Positions 45,657-56,759 of a DNA stretch of 64,000 bases are shown here, piece by piece (position 1 is the stretch's first letter; each line of letters starts with the position of its first letter). The DNA lies in NCBI GenBank assembly GCA_040285825.1, contig JAUPSS010000014.1, positions 252,337 to 316,336 on the forward strand, written 5' to 3'. A program made the position numbers and the translations under genes. The notes under the pieces were generated by a model. The model had not been told where the DNA came from and searched no databases. It saw only the letters and a list, made by a program, of their open reading frames with translations. Source of the DNA: Eukaryota sp. TZLM1-RC (taxonomy: Eukaryota; Protista; Metamonada: BaSk clade).

Positions 45657-46979
45657 ATGTCTTCATCTGATCGAAGACGATCAGATTCTGATGGAAGCCT
45701 TGGAGTCCCGCATGTAAAGAGACATGCTACCACAATCCCAGTCTCACCAGCTCTTCGCACCAAGTCCTTATCACATCGCCGAGAGTCGTCAACCTTATCT
45801 TCATCCCTTTCGTCCTCACTCTCCGATGCTGGTTCCTCTCGTCGATCCAGCCTCAGCAGTTCACAAAATTCAATAAAACTGATTTCTCACAAACGGAAAG
45901 CAACTGCTGCGAAATCTCCAAAGTTCCGAGTGGACCGTATTCATGAAAAGCTGCAGAAACGACTCCAGGAAAAGCTCGCGGCCGAGGAAGCAGAACGTGA
46001 AGCTAAAATGAGATTCAAAGCTACTCCGATCCTGAGTGCCACGGAGGATACATCGTGTCCCATCAATTGTCCCCAACCAACCGTACCAACCCCCTTCAAT
46101 TTTAAAACTGATCAACGTCATGCTCTACACGAACAGTTATTGAAACAGCAATTGGAAGAAGAAGAAAGGATAGCTGCAGAAAAACGTAACTTCAAGGCTA
46201 ATCCAATTCGTGATTTCAATGATGAACCAACCAAAACATTTGAACCTCGACCACCGACTCAACCGAAAGAATTTCAATTTAGAACCGATCAGGTGCATGA
46301 AAAGCTAACCCGGAAGCAGCAACAAATGATTGAGGAAGAAGAAAAAAGAATTGCAGAAAAACGTAACTTCAAGGCTAATCCAATTCGTGATTTCAATGAT
46401 GAACCAACCAAAACATTTGAACCTCGACCACCGACTCGACCGAAAGAATTTCAATTTAGGACCGATCAAGTGCATGAAAAGCTATCCAAAAAACAACATG
46501 AAATATTGGAAGAAGAAAGAAAAAGAATTGCTGAATTATCAAAGTTTTCGGCACAACCTGTTCCTTCCACACACACTAACCCCTATATTCCAGCACCTTC
46601 ACATAAGGACTTAACGAAAACTGAAGAATTGAGGTTGAAATCTGACGAACAAGCGGCTAGGAGAGCAAAGTTTGAAGAGGAACAAAGACTGAAGAGAGAA
46701 GAAAAACAGCGCCAGTTGGAGGAAATGCATAAGAAAATGAAACAAGATGAAGAACGACAATTAAGAATGGAGCGAAGAAAAGTTTGGGAAAAATATGGTA
46801 AAGCAACCCCTATCAAGAGATACAAATTGAAACTGGGCACTCCCACTTCTTCCTCACTCACCATTCCTGCTAGTCCAGCATTGCGAACAAAGAGGAGATT
46901 AAGAGTGTCATCCGGCTTCATTGACCCTTTGAAAATTCAGCGGGATGTTTCTAAAACAACTTCAAAGTTTCATGGTTGA
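45657..46979 (+). CDS. TPX2-domain microtubule-associated protein
   Basis: Repeats of FKA.PI..PT.P..F.F.TD; C-terminal TPX2-like RAARRAKFEE..R..KATPI..LTIPASPALRT; 177-bp internal tandem duplication. Confidence 0.75.
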   Translation: MSSSDRRRSDSDGSLGVPHVKRHATTIPVSPALRTKSLSHRRESSTLSSSLSSSLSDAGSSRRSSLSSSQNSIKLISHKRKATAAKSPKFRVDRIHEKLQKRLQEKLAAEEAEREAKMRFKATPILSATEDTSCPINCPQPTVPTPFNFKTDQRHALHEQLLKQQLEEEERIAAEKRNFKANPIRDFNDEPTKTFEPRPPTQPKEFQFRTDQVHEKLTRKQQQMIEEEEKRIAEKRNFKANPIRDFNDEPTKTFEPRPPTRPKEFQFRTDQVHEKLSKKQHEILEEERKRIAELSKFSAQPVPSTHTNPYIPAPSHKDLTKTEELRLKSDEQAARRAKFEEEQRLKREEKQRQLEEMHKKMKQDEERQLRMERRKVWEKYGKATPIKRYKLKLGTPTSSSLTIPASPALRTKRRLRVSSGFIDPLKIQRDVSKTTSKFHG

Positions 46980-47109
46980 ATCTTGGTTTTGTGTTTTTGT
47001 CGGTTTTTCTTGCTTAAGTGTGAGAAAAATCTTTTTTTAGATAATAAATTGTTGTAAATTTTGTTTTCAGGGTTCATAATTTTTCACAATCAATCAACAA
47101 TTAATTGTG

Positions 47110-48200
47110 CTTTAACTACCTTTATTAACCGAGATTCAGCCTTCTTTTGCTAATTTTGTGGTCCATATTAGTGTTCATGTTTTATACTCTTTGAAGAAAT
47201 TTCCACTTATTGAAGCATTATCTTCCAAAACAAAGTTCATCAAAAATACTTGTCTTAAACGATTATTCAAACAATGTCCTTACCAAAAATTCAATATCAA
47301 CAGAAAAAGTTTGAAAAATAGACTTGAAATTTTTTTAGTGAAAACTAATGGTAATGAACTGTTTTTGACCTTTGAAGGTAAAAATAATGACTCAGAAAAC
47401 ACAGATGAGCTGAATGAACCACCGAAAAAGAAACGAAGATTGAGGAAAGAAATGAAAAGTGACCCTGAAGCCAACAAAAACCAGAGAAGCACAGTTAAAG
47501 GGTACTAAAAAAGCCCCATCGAAGACGTAGACATAGAGTCGAAATTTTACCTGAAAGGCCCCTTATTGGCGTTGATCTGGGACAATCAAGACTATGTGGT
47601 TACATTTCAAATTTTAATCGATGTGGAGTTATCCTTTGTCCAACTGGTAGGAGATACATGACAAAACCTTCACCCAGTAAACACTGTCCCAACCAATATT
47701 ACGTTGAAAATTTCAATCAATGTTTGAATGATTGGATTTTGGTCAGGAGGAAAGTGTATTTGGAAAGTAATCGCCAGAAATGGAAAATAATTAAATCTGA
47801 TAACCGCAGACGTAAAGAGATACGCTTCTGAAAGAGTCTCAACAAATTTCAAAGGCTGGCTGGACATCCTGAAAAACTCTACCTTGCTGTAGGTTCTGCT
47901 AACTTCCCTTCTCATTGCCGAAAAGTCAATCGATATGGATCAGTAACGGCTTTCAGAAAATGGTTGTGTTATCAAAAGGACGTGAAGCACTTGTCAACCA
48001 GTGAATTTAATACAAGCAAATTGTCAAGTTGTTGCATGGCTGAGAATATTCAAGCAGACTCATGGCAGATGCATATTTCTACTGAGTGTCCAATAGTATA
48101 TGACAGAGATATTTCCTCTGCAAAAAATATTCGAATTAAGAAGAAAGCGGAATTGTGTCCGAAAAGATACATTTGCCCAGATGCTCTGTTGAGAAGATGA
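47110..48200 (+). pseudogene. Decayed Fanzor1-like nuclease, C-terminal (WED/RuvC) half
   Basis: In order: VKTNGNELFLTF (TDG-like), RuvC-I LIGVDLG, LAVGSANFP, RuvC-II SEFNTSKLSSCC, and W..C..YDRDISSAKNI (RuvC-III); stops and frameshifts between the motifs. Confidence 0.8.
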
Positions 48201-48293
48201 GTGGGGAACCTGAGCATACAGAAACATAAACTTTTGAAAAACTGATATTTTATTTTGATTTTTTATTATATCTTTGATTTTTTGAAAAAGTTT

Positions 48294-48450
48294 TGAGACC
48301 GATCTACAAATACCTTAGTGGCATTTGGTAGATCCACTCAGATACATCAAGTCGCAAGGCTTTGTTCTGTGAAAACAGTAGGTTTATTTAAGTGAGATAG
48401 CCTATTGTCAAATGACGCTACATGTCTCTTACATCCTGTGAGTAGACATT
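48294..48450 (+). ncRNA. Putative Fanzor omegaRNA scaffold
   Basis: Consecutive hairpins about 100 bp after the Fanzor stop: GATCTAC/GTAGATC stem, AGTC-GCAA-GGCT, CTGT-GAAA-ACAG, AGTAGGTT/AGCCTATT and ATGTCTCTTACA-TCC-TGTGAGTAGACAT. Confidence 0.55.
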
Positions 48451-48511
48451 GAGAAAGTTGAAAACGGGAGTGAATTGTATAGGGGAATACATGATAAGTA
48501 GGATTTCGATT

Positions 48512-48628
48512 TGAGTTGAGTCAACTCATTGAGTTTCGAGTTGACTCGACTCGACTCGACTCGTTTGACTCATGAGTCGAGTCGAGTCACTTATTATTCA
48601 ATTTCACTTATCAATGATAAGTGAAATT
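48512..48628. repeat. Inverted GACTC/GAGTC pentamer array plus a 29-bp palindrome upstream of the lysozyme gene
   Basis: TGAGTTGA-G-TCAACTCA; (GACTC)4..GACTCATGAGTC..(GAGTC)3; AATTTCACTTATCA-A-TGATAAGTGAAATT at 48600-48628. Confidence 0.85.
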
Positions 48629-48647
48629 CACATTAATCCTAAACCTA

Positions 48648-49322
48648 ATGCACTTTCCTCTTCTTCTATCCACTTTTCTTGTACTCTGCCTAGGATACAA
48701 AGCATTTGATCACTCATTCTATCAGGGTGATGTTCAAAAATCTTCTTATGAATGCTTACGTCGTGAGGGGTACTCATATGGTGTCATTCAAGCTCAACGT
48801 CATCTCGGTCTAAATCCCTACTTCCCAGATAATTTTCGACGTGCTCGTGCAGCTGGTTTACCAATTGATATTTACATGTTTCCTGACAAACGCCAAGATG
48901 GTACAATCCAAGCCAGAACACTCGTGGAATGGTTAAAAAGTGAAAACGTGCTTACAAACCAGACAATTTTTGTTGATATAGAAGATACGAACCGTTTCCT
49001 TCCCACTGTTGAAGAAAATGTCAGATTTGTCCATGATATCGTGAATGAACTCAATCGTCTTCACAAGGGCTGTGGTAGATCATCCTGTGTGGGCATTTAC
49101 GCCTCGAAAGTGCAGTGGGATAATATCATGACTGGAAATACTGATTTCAAGGATTACCCTCTTTGGTACCCCCATTATGATATGAATCCTTCGTTTGATG
49201 ATTTTGTCTCTTTTGGTGGTTGGAATAAGGACATGGTGGTGATGAAACAGTTTAAAGGCACCACAAATGCCTGCAAGACTCAAATTGACTTGAATTATTA
49301 CGAAAAAAAGTGGTGGATGTAG
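48648..49322 (+). CDS. Secreted GH25-family lysozyme
   Basis: Signal peptide; AFDHSFYQG, DIYMFP, catalytic VDIE, VGIYAS..QW, PLWYPHYD..FGGW..MKQF..IDLNY. Confidence 0.9.
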   Translation: MHFPLLLSTFLVLCLGYKAFDHSFYQGDVQKSSYECLRREGYSYGVIQAQRHLGLNPYFPDNFRRARAAGLPIDIYMFPDKRQDGTIQARTLVEWLKSENVLTNQTIFVDIEDTNRFLPTVEENVRFVHDIVNELNRLHKGCGRSSCVGIYASKVQWDNIMTGNTDFKDYPLWYPHYDMNPSFDDFVSFGGWNKDMVVMKQFKGTTNACKTQIDLNYYEKKWWM

Positions 49323-50159
49323 ATAGTTAGCTCAATTTGTATTTGTTTATTTTTATTTGAATAAATCTGTTTATTGTTATAGTATTTTAATTTCGTATTT
49401 TAATTTCTGGGTGGTTTTTGAAGTTTTCCTTTATTTCATAACCTTGTCTGCACACAATACAATGTTACGTTAGTGAACTCAAATAATAAAACGTGATGAA
49501 GCGATGGTTAGTCTTTCTGACTTGAAATATTACTACTGAAGTTTCAATATGTTTCAATATTGATAATGTAGAAATATTGAACTACTAATGGTGACTAATT
49601 CTGTCATTTGATGATCTGTCAATCTCACTCAAAATTCATATTTCACATTTTCCTTTCACATTTTACTCACAGCCTTACAAAACAATGTCCTCTTCATAAG
49701 CTTCGTTTTTGTTTTGACAACTAAAATTTATTTTCAAACGCAAACAAAACAAATTAACAGAAACAAGAACTCATTATCCTCAAAACACGCATCAACATCA
49801 ACAAATCTCTTAAGTGCGCGATTTTCATACTCTATTATTATTTGTAACAGTGCTTTTGCTATCATTTCTGTAATTGCTTTAAGAATATTAAAAAAAATCT
49901 ATTGTGCCAGAAAGTAAAGTTCAATTCTTTTCCTGCTCTTTCTTTGATTAAACATCTGAAACCTTTGAGAAAATTAATACAAGATAAATAGACGTTGGAC
50001 AATTTTCACAGATTCACATCTGAGAAATGTTGAGGTGGTGATGAAGGCTTACAACTTGACTGAGAGGAAATGAGAGCTGTGCATGAACAAATTTATAAAT
50101 TAATTAACAAAATTACCAATTTGTTTCCCAAAATAGACAAACTTCCCCTTCTTCATACA

Positions 50160-50823
50160 ATGCTGTTTGGCAAACACAACTCTACTTTCCAAGGTCCTTC
50201 TAAAAACCACAAAACTAGTAAGAGAGCTTATCTCTCAAGCCATGCAATGGTTCGTTAACCTTTCTTTTCACCAACTTCAGGCAACTATAGGGTCAGGGGA
50301 TTTGGCATCCGCTGTTAAACTTCCAGAGGGTGAAGACCATAATGAATGGGTAGCTGCTCACATTGTAGACTTTGTCTCCCAAATTCAAATGTTATATGCT
50401 ACTGTCCAAGAATTTTGCTCTCCAGAAACATGTCCAACAATGTCTGCTGGTACGGATTATCAGTATTACTGGGCAGATGGCGTGGCAGTGAAGAAACCAA
50501 TACAAGTCTCAGCACCAGAGTACGTTGACCTGCTCATGAGCTGGATCCAAACTCTTTTAGATGACGACGAACTCTTCCCTAACCAGGTAAATGTTCCTTT
50601 CCCAAAGCGGTTCAAAAAGATATCCAAGCAAGTTTTCAAACGCCTTTTCAGAGTATATGCCCACTTATACCATCATCATTCGGATTCACTCTCCGCACTA
50701 GGTATCATTCAACATGTAAATACGTCGTTTAAGCACTTTGTTTTGTTTTGCAGGGAGATGGAACTCGTTGAGGAAAAGGAATTTGGTCCTTTACATAGCT
50801 TAATTAATGAATTGATTGTATAA
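50160..50823 (+). CDS. MOB1: MOB1 kinase activator (2 exons; intron 50250-50280)
   Basis: Splicing out a 31-nt GT-AG intron joins ..SSHAM to ATIGSGDL..VKLPEGED.NEW; CPTMSAG..YYWAD, FKRLFRVYAHLYHHH, NTSFKHF. Confidence 0.93.
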
Positions 50824-51261
50824 AGGTAAAGTCTTTTAGGATGTTTTGCATAGTGAGGGTTGAGTTTCAATATGACATTATGATAAGGTCATTTGCTAAG
50901 CAACATGCATTCAGATGTTCTAATAATCTATCCAAATAGACAAGTCAGCATCAACAGAATATCAATTATTTTTCATTAAGTTTAATTGTATGAAGAAATA
51001 GAGTGCTTAGGGACACCCAAAATGCATTGTGTAATAGCTGAAATACGTTGTTGACATAATATTGAAAAGATGTAAACTTATAGCTAATCTTAAGTTCTCT
51101 CAAAACTGAACTGCCTGACGGTCATGACAACCATATTGTCCAGAATGAAGTGTTGAGATTTCCAGATTTTACTGAGAGTCTTAATCTGATTACGGTAGAG
51201 GTTGAACAATTTTTCCCGATTTTAAACTCAACTTTGAAGACAGTTCTGTAGGTCTGTTGCA

Positions 51262-53301
51262 ATGTCACCATGCCAAGTGACATTGGTATTGCCCCAAGAC
51301 GATCAGGTTAATACTGGACGATGTCACCTTTCCTCCACCATTATGCGTTCATTGGGTCTTCATCCTGGAGATGCTGTTATGTTTGATACAAGTTCAACAC
51401 GCATTTTCTGTAGTGCGTGGCCTTCCATCAACAAGTCTTCAACATTCTGTTCCGTCGATCCATCTGTCTTCATCTCCTCTCAAATCATTTCCTCTCCCTC
51501 CATATCACACACTCCTGCTACTGTCTCCAAACTCCATGCAGCCGAGCTTAAGGAGGTGACCATTCGTATCCGCAACCTTCACCATCCAGCCACTAACAAC
51601 CAACTCTCAATGCTAAAGAGATTTCTCCTTAACCGTTACCTCGTCTCCAATGCTTGCATCACCACCCCTCTTGGCCAAGGCGTTGTTCTTCCATTTGACC
51701 AGCCGTCCACTGCCGGGAAGGTGGTTAAAACTACCCACTTGAGTGTTGTGCAAGATGAAAGCTCTCCAAGTGGTGTATTCAATGCTAAATGCAATAATCT
51801 GGTTTTAACGAAAAACCACTCCCCATTGTCCACAGTACTGAATTCCAAATTCAAAACTGTTTTGTTACGCCCCAGTTTAGTAGAATATACTCATAATTTT
51901 AATAATGATTTAAAAAACAAATATGAAAATCCACATTGTTTGTTGATTAATTCTTTGCACAGTGATCATGAAACCTTGGGGAATATTTCAAAATTTGCTG
52001 AGGAATGTAGAGCTCAGTTGGTGTCACTTAAAGCTCATGACATTTCTTTTGACAAGTTGACAAGTGTTGATGAGTTCCATCCCAAAATTTTTGTTTTGTC
52101 AGATGTAGACACTGCCAGTCATCAGCAACTAGATCAATTATGTACAGTTATAAACTCCCTACCTCCCCAATCAAAATATCTGTTGATTGCAATCACGTCA
52201 CGTCAGCATTTCCATCGTCAGTTTTCTTCATTGTGCTCTTCATTTTCCACCAGCACTCCGGCCACTACTTCACGGTCAGATTTGATAAGGGAAAAAGTTC
52301 AAAAGTACGGGTCAAAAATAGCTGATGATGTCAACATTCGTGAAATATCTCTATTGTGTTTTGGATTAGATTCAAATGAAATTTCTCTTGTTTTTTCCAT
52401 AATTGATTCAAATCTTGCTCAATGTTCATCAATAAGAAGAATCTATCAATCAGATTTTGTCAAAGCAATCAATCAAATCAAGGAAGATCAATCACAATCA
52501 CGTTATTTGACACGTATTGATTGTAATCACCTTCCCAATCTGGAAGAAGTCGTTGGTTTGGAAGAAGTTAAAATGGTATTTAAAGATTTAATAGAATTAC
52601 CTCTTAATTTCCCTTCTTTATATAAGGCAAATAAAGTTGTTCAAACATTGTTGTTGACCGCTTTACCAAACTCTGGTTGCCGTTTTCTTGCTCAATCATT
52701 TGCCAAATCAATCAATTTTGATTTTTACACTCTTAATCCTTCTTTCAACAATGATTTGCAAGACTTTTGTCGTATCGTTTCTTATTCTTTCAGCTTATTT
52801 TGCAAAAAATCGAATTCACTTTTATTTATTGAGAATATTGACCAATTTGATTGTGTTTCTAATAGAGTTTTGAACAGCATAATTGATGGAATTAAGCTTG
52901 TTAAGCAATCATTTAAATCAAATTTAATTGTCATCATGACGTCATCCAATCCAGATTTGATTGATTTTGGTCTATTCAGAATGATTGATGAAGTTTTGTT
53001 TGTTCATCCACCTGATGCAAAGGAACGAGAGTCTTTAATCAAAAAATATCTATCAAAATTTCCTAAATTAAATAGTCAAATTAATCCAAAATTATTAGCT
53101 GAAGAAAGTTCTTTGATAACTTCTGGAAATTTAAAAAATTGTGTTGAACAGGTAGTTTTGAATAGTAAAAAAGATATTTCTTTGATTAATAATGCTGACT
53201 TTGTAAGATCTTTTAGTCGTTGTTCTCAATATTCATCAACAGAATTAACAAAATTGGCTGAATTCATGGATAGATTTCATGATGGTGCTGGTCTTCGTTA
53301 G
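51262..53301 (+). CDS. CDC48/AFG2-like AAA+ protein with degenerate ATPase motifs
   Basis: N-domain MRSLGLHPGDAV; D2 VVGLEEVK..LIELPL.FP; Walker A replaced by ALPNSGCRFLA; Walker B IENID; SSNPDLID; VHPPDAKERE. Confidence 0.65.
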   Translation: MSPCQVTLVLPQDDQVNTGRCHLSSTIMRSLGLHPGDAVMFDTSSTRIFCSAWPSINKSSTFCSVDPSVFISSQIISSPSISHTPATVSKLHAAELKEVTIRIRNLHHPATNNQLSMLKRFLLNRYLVSNACITTPLGQGVVLPFDQPSTAGKVVKTTHLSVVQDESSPSGVFNAKCNNLVLTKNHSPLSTVLNSKFKTVLLRPSLVEYTHNFNNDLKNKYENPHCLLINSLHSDHETLGNISKFAEECRAQLVSLKAHDISFDKLTSVDEFHPKIFVLSDVDTASHQQLDQLCTVINSLPPQSKYLLIAITSRQHFHRQFSSLCSSFSTSTPATTSRSDLIREKVQKYGSKIADDVNIREISLLCFGLDSNEISLVFSIIDSNLAQCSSIRRIYQSDFVKAINQIKEDQSQSRYLTRIDCNHLPNLEEVVGLEEVKMVFKDLIELPLNFPSLYKANKVVQTLLLTALPNSGCRFLAQSFAKSINFDFYTLNPSFNNDLQDFCRIVSYSFSLFCKKSNSLLFIENIDQFDCVSNRVLNSIIDGIKLVKQSFKSNLIVIMTSSNPDLIDFGLFRMIDEVLFVHPPDAKERESLIKKYLSKFPKLNSQINPKLLAEESSLITSGNLKNCVEQVVLNSKKDISLINNADFVRSFSRCSQYSSTELTKLAEFMDRFHDGAGLR

Positions 53302-53649
53302 TTTTTAATCATTGTTTTGTTGAGCAATAAATGTATTATATCGTTCATATTGTTTTTAAGTTTCAAGTAATAACTATAGTTTTATACCCAAACTGGTGAG
53401 TTGATATATTTTGTTTTCGAAGCTCTACTATTCACAGCAATAGTGCTGCTCTCAATGATAGAAATTTGACATTTAAATCCTATCATATGTTTAGGTAGTT
53501 GGATTAAAAGTGACGAAATTATTTACTATGCAGATCGAATTAGTTTTCTTTGCAGATACCTTAGCTAAATAGAGTTAAAACTAATTGAACTGATGATGTT
53601 CATTGATATTTCCAAGAATTAAAATTAAATATTACTTTATGGTATTATT

Positions 53650-54228
53650 TTATGGCACAAACTGCAAGAATATCGTGTATCAAAGAGCCTCTGCTGAAGG
53701 AAACACTTTCTCTGAATAATTTTAGTTCTGATGATAGAGTTGATGTATACTGTGATTGGATTGATAATTCTGAAGCTATTGTTGACTTTGTCTCTGGTAA
53801 TGTTGCAAATGATACTGTGGTTCACAGAAGAAAACTTAATCCTGTGAGTGCACTTGATTTTAAAGCAAAAGAAAAACACAGAAAATATGATAAAGATAAT
53901 GAAGAGGCTAATGCTGATAGAAATACACAGCTGGTTTTATTGCTTTCCCATTTTCGATAGATGGAAGAATATCAGATGAAGCAGAAACTTTTTTGAATGA
54001 TTTCCAAAAAATGGTTCAAGAAAAAACAATGAAAACATTTGATATTTGTTTATGGCGTTCACGGATTCAATTTGCCATTATTAATAGATTACCTCAGTTT
54101 TTCAATCGAATAAGAGAAGCTTTAGCTAGACAGCAAGCAGATCAAGATTTTGTAGAGGAAATCTTGGTTCAATGATATTCGTCCCATTAGTTATGAATTA
54201 ATTTAATTAAGTTTGCATGTTCAATAAA
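53650..54228 (+). mobile_element. CRE-like family A 3' fragment
   Basis: MAQTARISCIKEP..FVEEILVQ with a frameshift; family 3'UTR. Confidence 0.88.
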
Positions 54229-54234
54229 TATTAA

Positions 54235-56120
54235 TTTATGCTTATATCGATGACATTTCTATTATTGGTCCCTTTGAGAGCATTTGTAGGGTTTCTGAAG
54301 GCATTGCTGCGAACTACAAAGACATTGGATTAGCCTTGAATCCAACTAAATGTCCCTTGATTGGAAGAACAAAACAATTTTTATTGATTGAGCACCATCA
54401 AAATGATGGTGCTCAGATTTCCTTTATTAATTATGACCAACAAACGTTCAAGTTTCTTGGATGTTGGTTAGGTAATTTGGATGAAATTTATTCCCAGTTG
54501 AACAATTTATTGGAGACTTTTGATAAGGATCTTAGTTTTATTGTTGAATGTGATATTGAAAAACACGTCAAATTTTTTATTTTAAAAATTTGTTATTCTG
54601 GAAAAATCACTCATATTTTGAGGTCAACTCCACCTTCAGTGTATCTTGATTTTTGCAGATCTTTCAACAAAGTTCGTGTCAAATCTCCTTCTTCTTTATT
54701 GGAAATAAATGAGTCTTTAATTCGAAGTCATGTATTTTGTTCTGCTAAATTGGGTGGAATTCGTTTCACTAAATCTTCAATTTTATGTAAAGCAGCTTTT
54801 TTCGGAGGTGGAAAAATCTTATATTTGAATTTTTCCAAAGCTTCCCTTATGTTGTTCATCTGATCCATGATGAATCGAATTTTCATTTAAATCAACTTCA
54901 ATTTGAATTAGATAATTTGCCCAGTGATATCTGGATTCAGTGTTTTACTCAAATTGTACAAGAAATTCCCACCCGATCTCTTCCAAATTTACGTTTTTGC
55001 CTGAAAAAGCTTCAGCACCGTCTGGTTAAATAATATGAAGGCTTGGATTACGAAGTAAGATTTGGCTTGGGCAAAATTGAAAATCCCACTTTCGGAAATT
55101 TATTTAAAGGACGTTCGTGATAGTTCTGCTACTGCTTTTGTAACGCAAATTTCTTATGTATATGGATTTTTGTTAGAAAACAATGAGTGGCTTTTAAACA
55201 TGCGTTTTCGTTTTTTTCTGTGGCCAAACAATTTGCCTAATCATTTGACATGTAAATGTGGTAAACCTCTTTTGTTTACTCATTTTTTGAACTGTAAGCA
55301 GTTTATTACATTTAAAAGTAAAGTACATAATAACGTCAGGGACCAAATTTATGTAATGTGCAAATCATATCGAGTAGATTCCTTTTTAGAGCCTTTGTTA
55401 TCAAAATTAATTCTTGATGACCCCAATATTGTTAGTATGCGCTACACCAGAGCTTCTATGGGTTTGACAAGTGGTGATCTGGTTGTTCGCGGCTTAAATG
55501 GTAGTTTTACTATTTTAGACGCCATGTCCATTGACACTTGTAATTCTTCTAACGAACATTTCATTAACTCGGATGTAAATAATCCTCTTCTTGCAGGCGA
55601 AAAATATAAAATTGCTAAATATGCGCAACCCATTTCCTCAGTGAATGAAAATTCTCATGTCCAATATTGATGCCGTTAAGCAGAAATACCAAAGAAGTAA
55701 AGAGAGAAAAAAGAACTTTATTAATAGAAATACTTGTTCTTGAACAAGTGCCACATCATCATGTGAATTTCTCATCTGTCTACCAAGTTAGTTTATCAGT
55801 AACAACAACATTATAATTTATGTCCCTTTGTTTTTTTTGCTTGGATCTCTAGGTAAGGCTGCTATGGCTTTCCTGGAGGATTTTGTTGTAGTTGTGAAGA
55901 AAAGGACTGGAAGAATTTTCAATCGTGTTTACTGGCAAAACAGGATTGTATTTTCTATTTTAAAGGAAATGGTTAAACTGATTTCTGATTCACTCTCTTC
56001 TTTTGAGAAATTTTCTGAATCTTAAGCAATTAATTGTTTTAAAGTAGGGGAGACAGATTTTGAGGATGTGGAGCTTTAGTTGTGTATTTTATGTTTTCAT
56101 ATTTGTTGTTGGATAAAAAG
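54235..56120 (+). mobile_element. CRE-like family C, RT(part)-RLE, decayed, containing a solo LTR
   Basis: YAYIDD, LNPTKC, FKFLG, HILRSTPP, LGG, CKCG..HFLNC, GDLVV..LDAMSID. Confidence 0.85.
55668..55810 (-). mobile_element. Solo LTR of the gag-only element family
   Basis: 143 bp, near-identical to 15722-15864; 4-bp flanks ATAT/TTAT (TSD with one mismatch). Confidence 0.9.
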
Positions 56121-56129
56121 AATTTGTTT

Positions 56130-56759
56130 GATCTCTATTTCTATCAGTATAAGCTTCCTCAATATTTTTGTCATATTTTCAATGTTTTTCTTTCGCTTTA
56201 TATTAAGGAGCCTCTACAGGATTTTCCTTCTTTGAACCAAAATTGTATTTACAACATTTCAGGAAACAAAATAAAACAACTTCAGAGTTACCAATCCAAA
56301 AGCTGTAAATATCACCTCTGTCATCAGAACCAATTATTTCATGGAAAGGATTTTTTCGCAGAGACGTATTGATACACAAGACTCTTGGATTTCTGACCTC
56401 ATTTAAAACATTGTTTGCTACAGCAACATGTAATGAAGAACCAGAAGTTGTCAATATAGGAAAATTAGAACATGACAAAAGGTGAGCCGGGATCAATACA
56501 AACAAATAGAGTGTTCTTGTTTTAAAAGTTGGTGAATTAGTATATTTAGATGAAACCTCATTTTTGTTACAAACCAGTTCAACAAAATTAGTTTATGAAC
56601 CTGCCAAACTCATTATCCAAACTACTATAAAACCTTATAAAAAATATGATATTCTAAACTTTTGCTGAAACTTTGCTTGAATCATCACGCAATTCTCCGA
56701 ATGAATCCCTTAAAATGTGACTTATTTTCCAAAATCAAAAGTGAGTTGAATGGCGACAA
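56130..56759 (-). mobile_element. Decayed family A-related CRE fragment; host site of the gypsy insertion, probably continuing after 63833
   Basis: Remnants GSDDRGDIYSFWIGNSEVV, HLLSCS..SSLHVAV and KENPVEA. Confidence 0.65.

Noticed and set aside
46176-46480. 177-bp direct repeat as a mobile element
   Set aside because: In-frame duplication of one TPX2 repeat unit (59 codons).
48512-48590. CRISPR-like or telomeric array
   Set aside because: Pentamers without spacers, only about 80 bp, in inverted arrangement.
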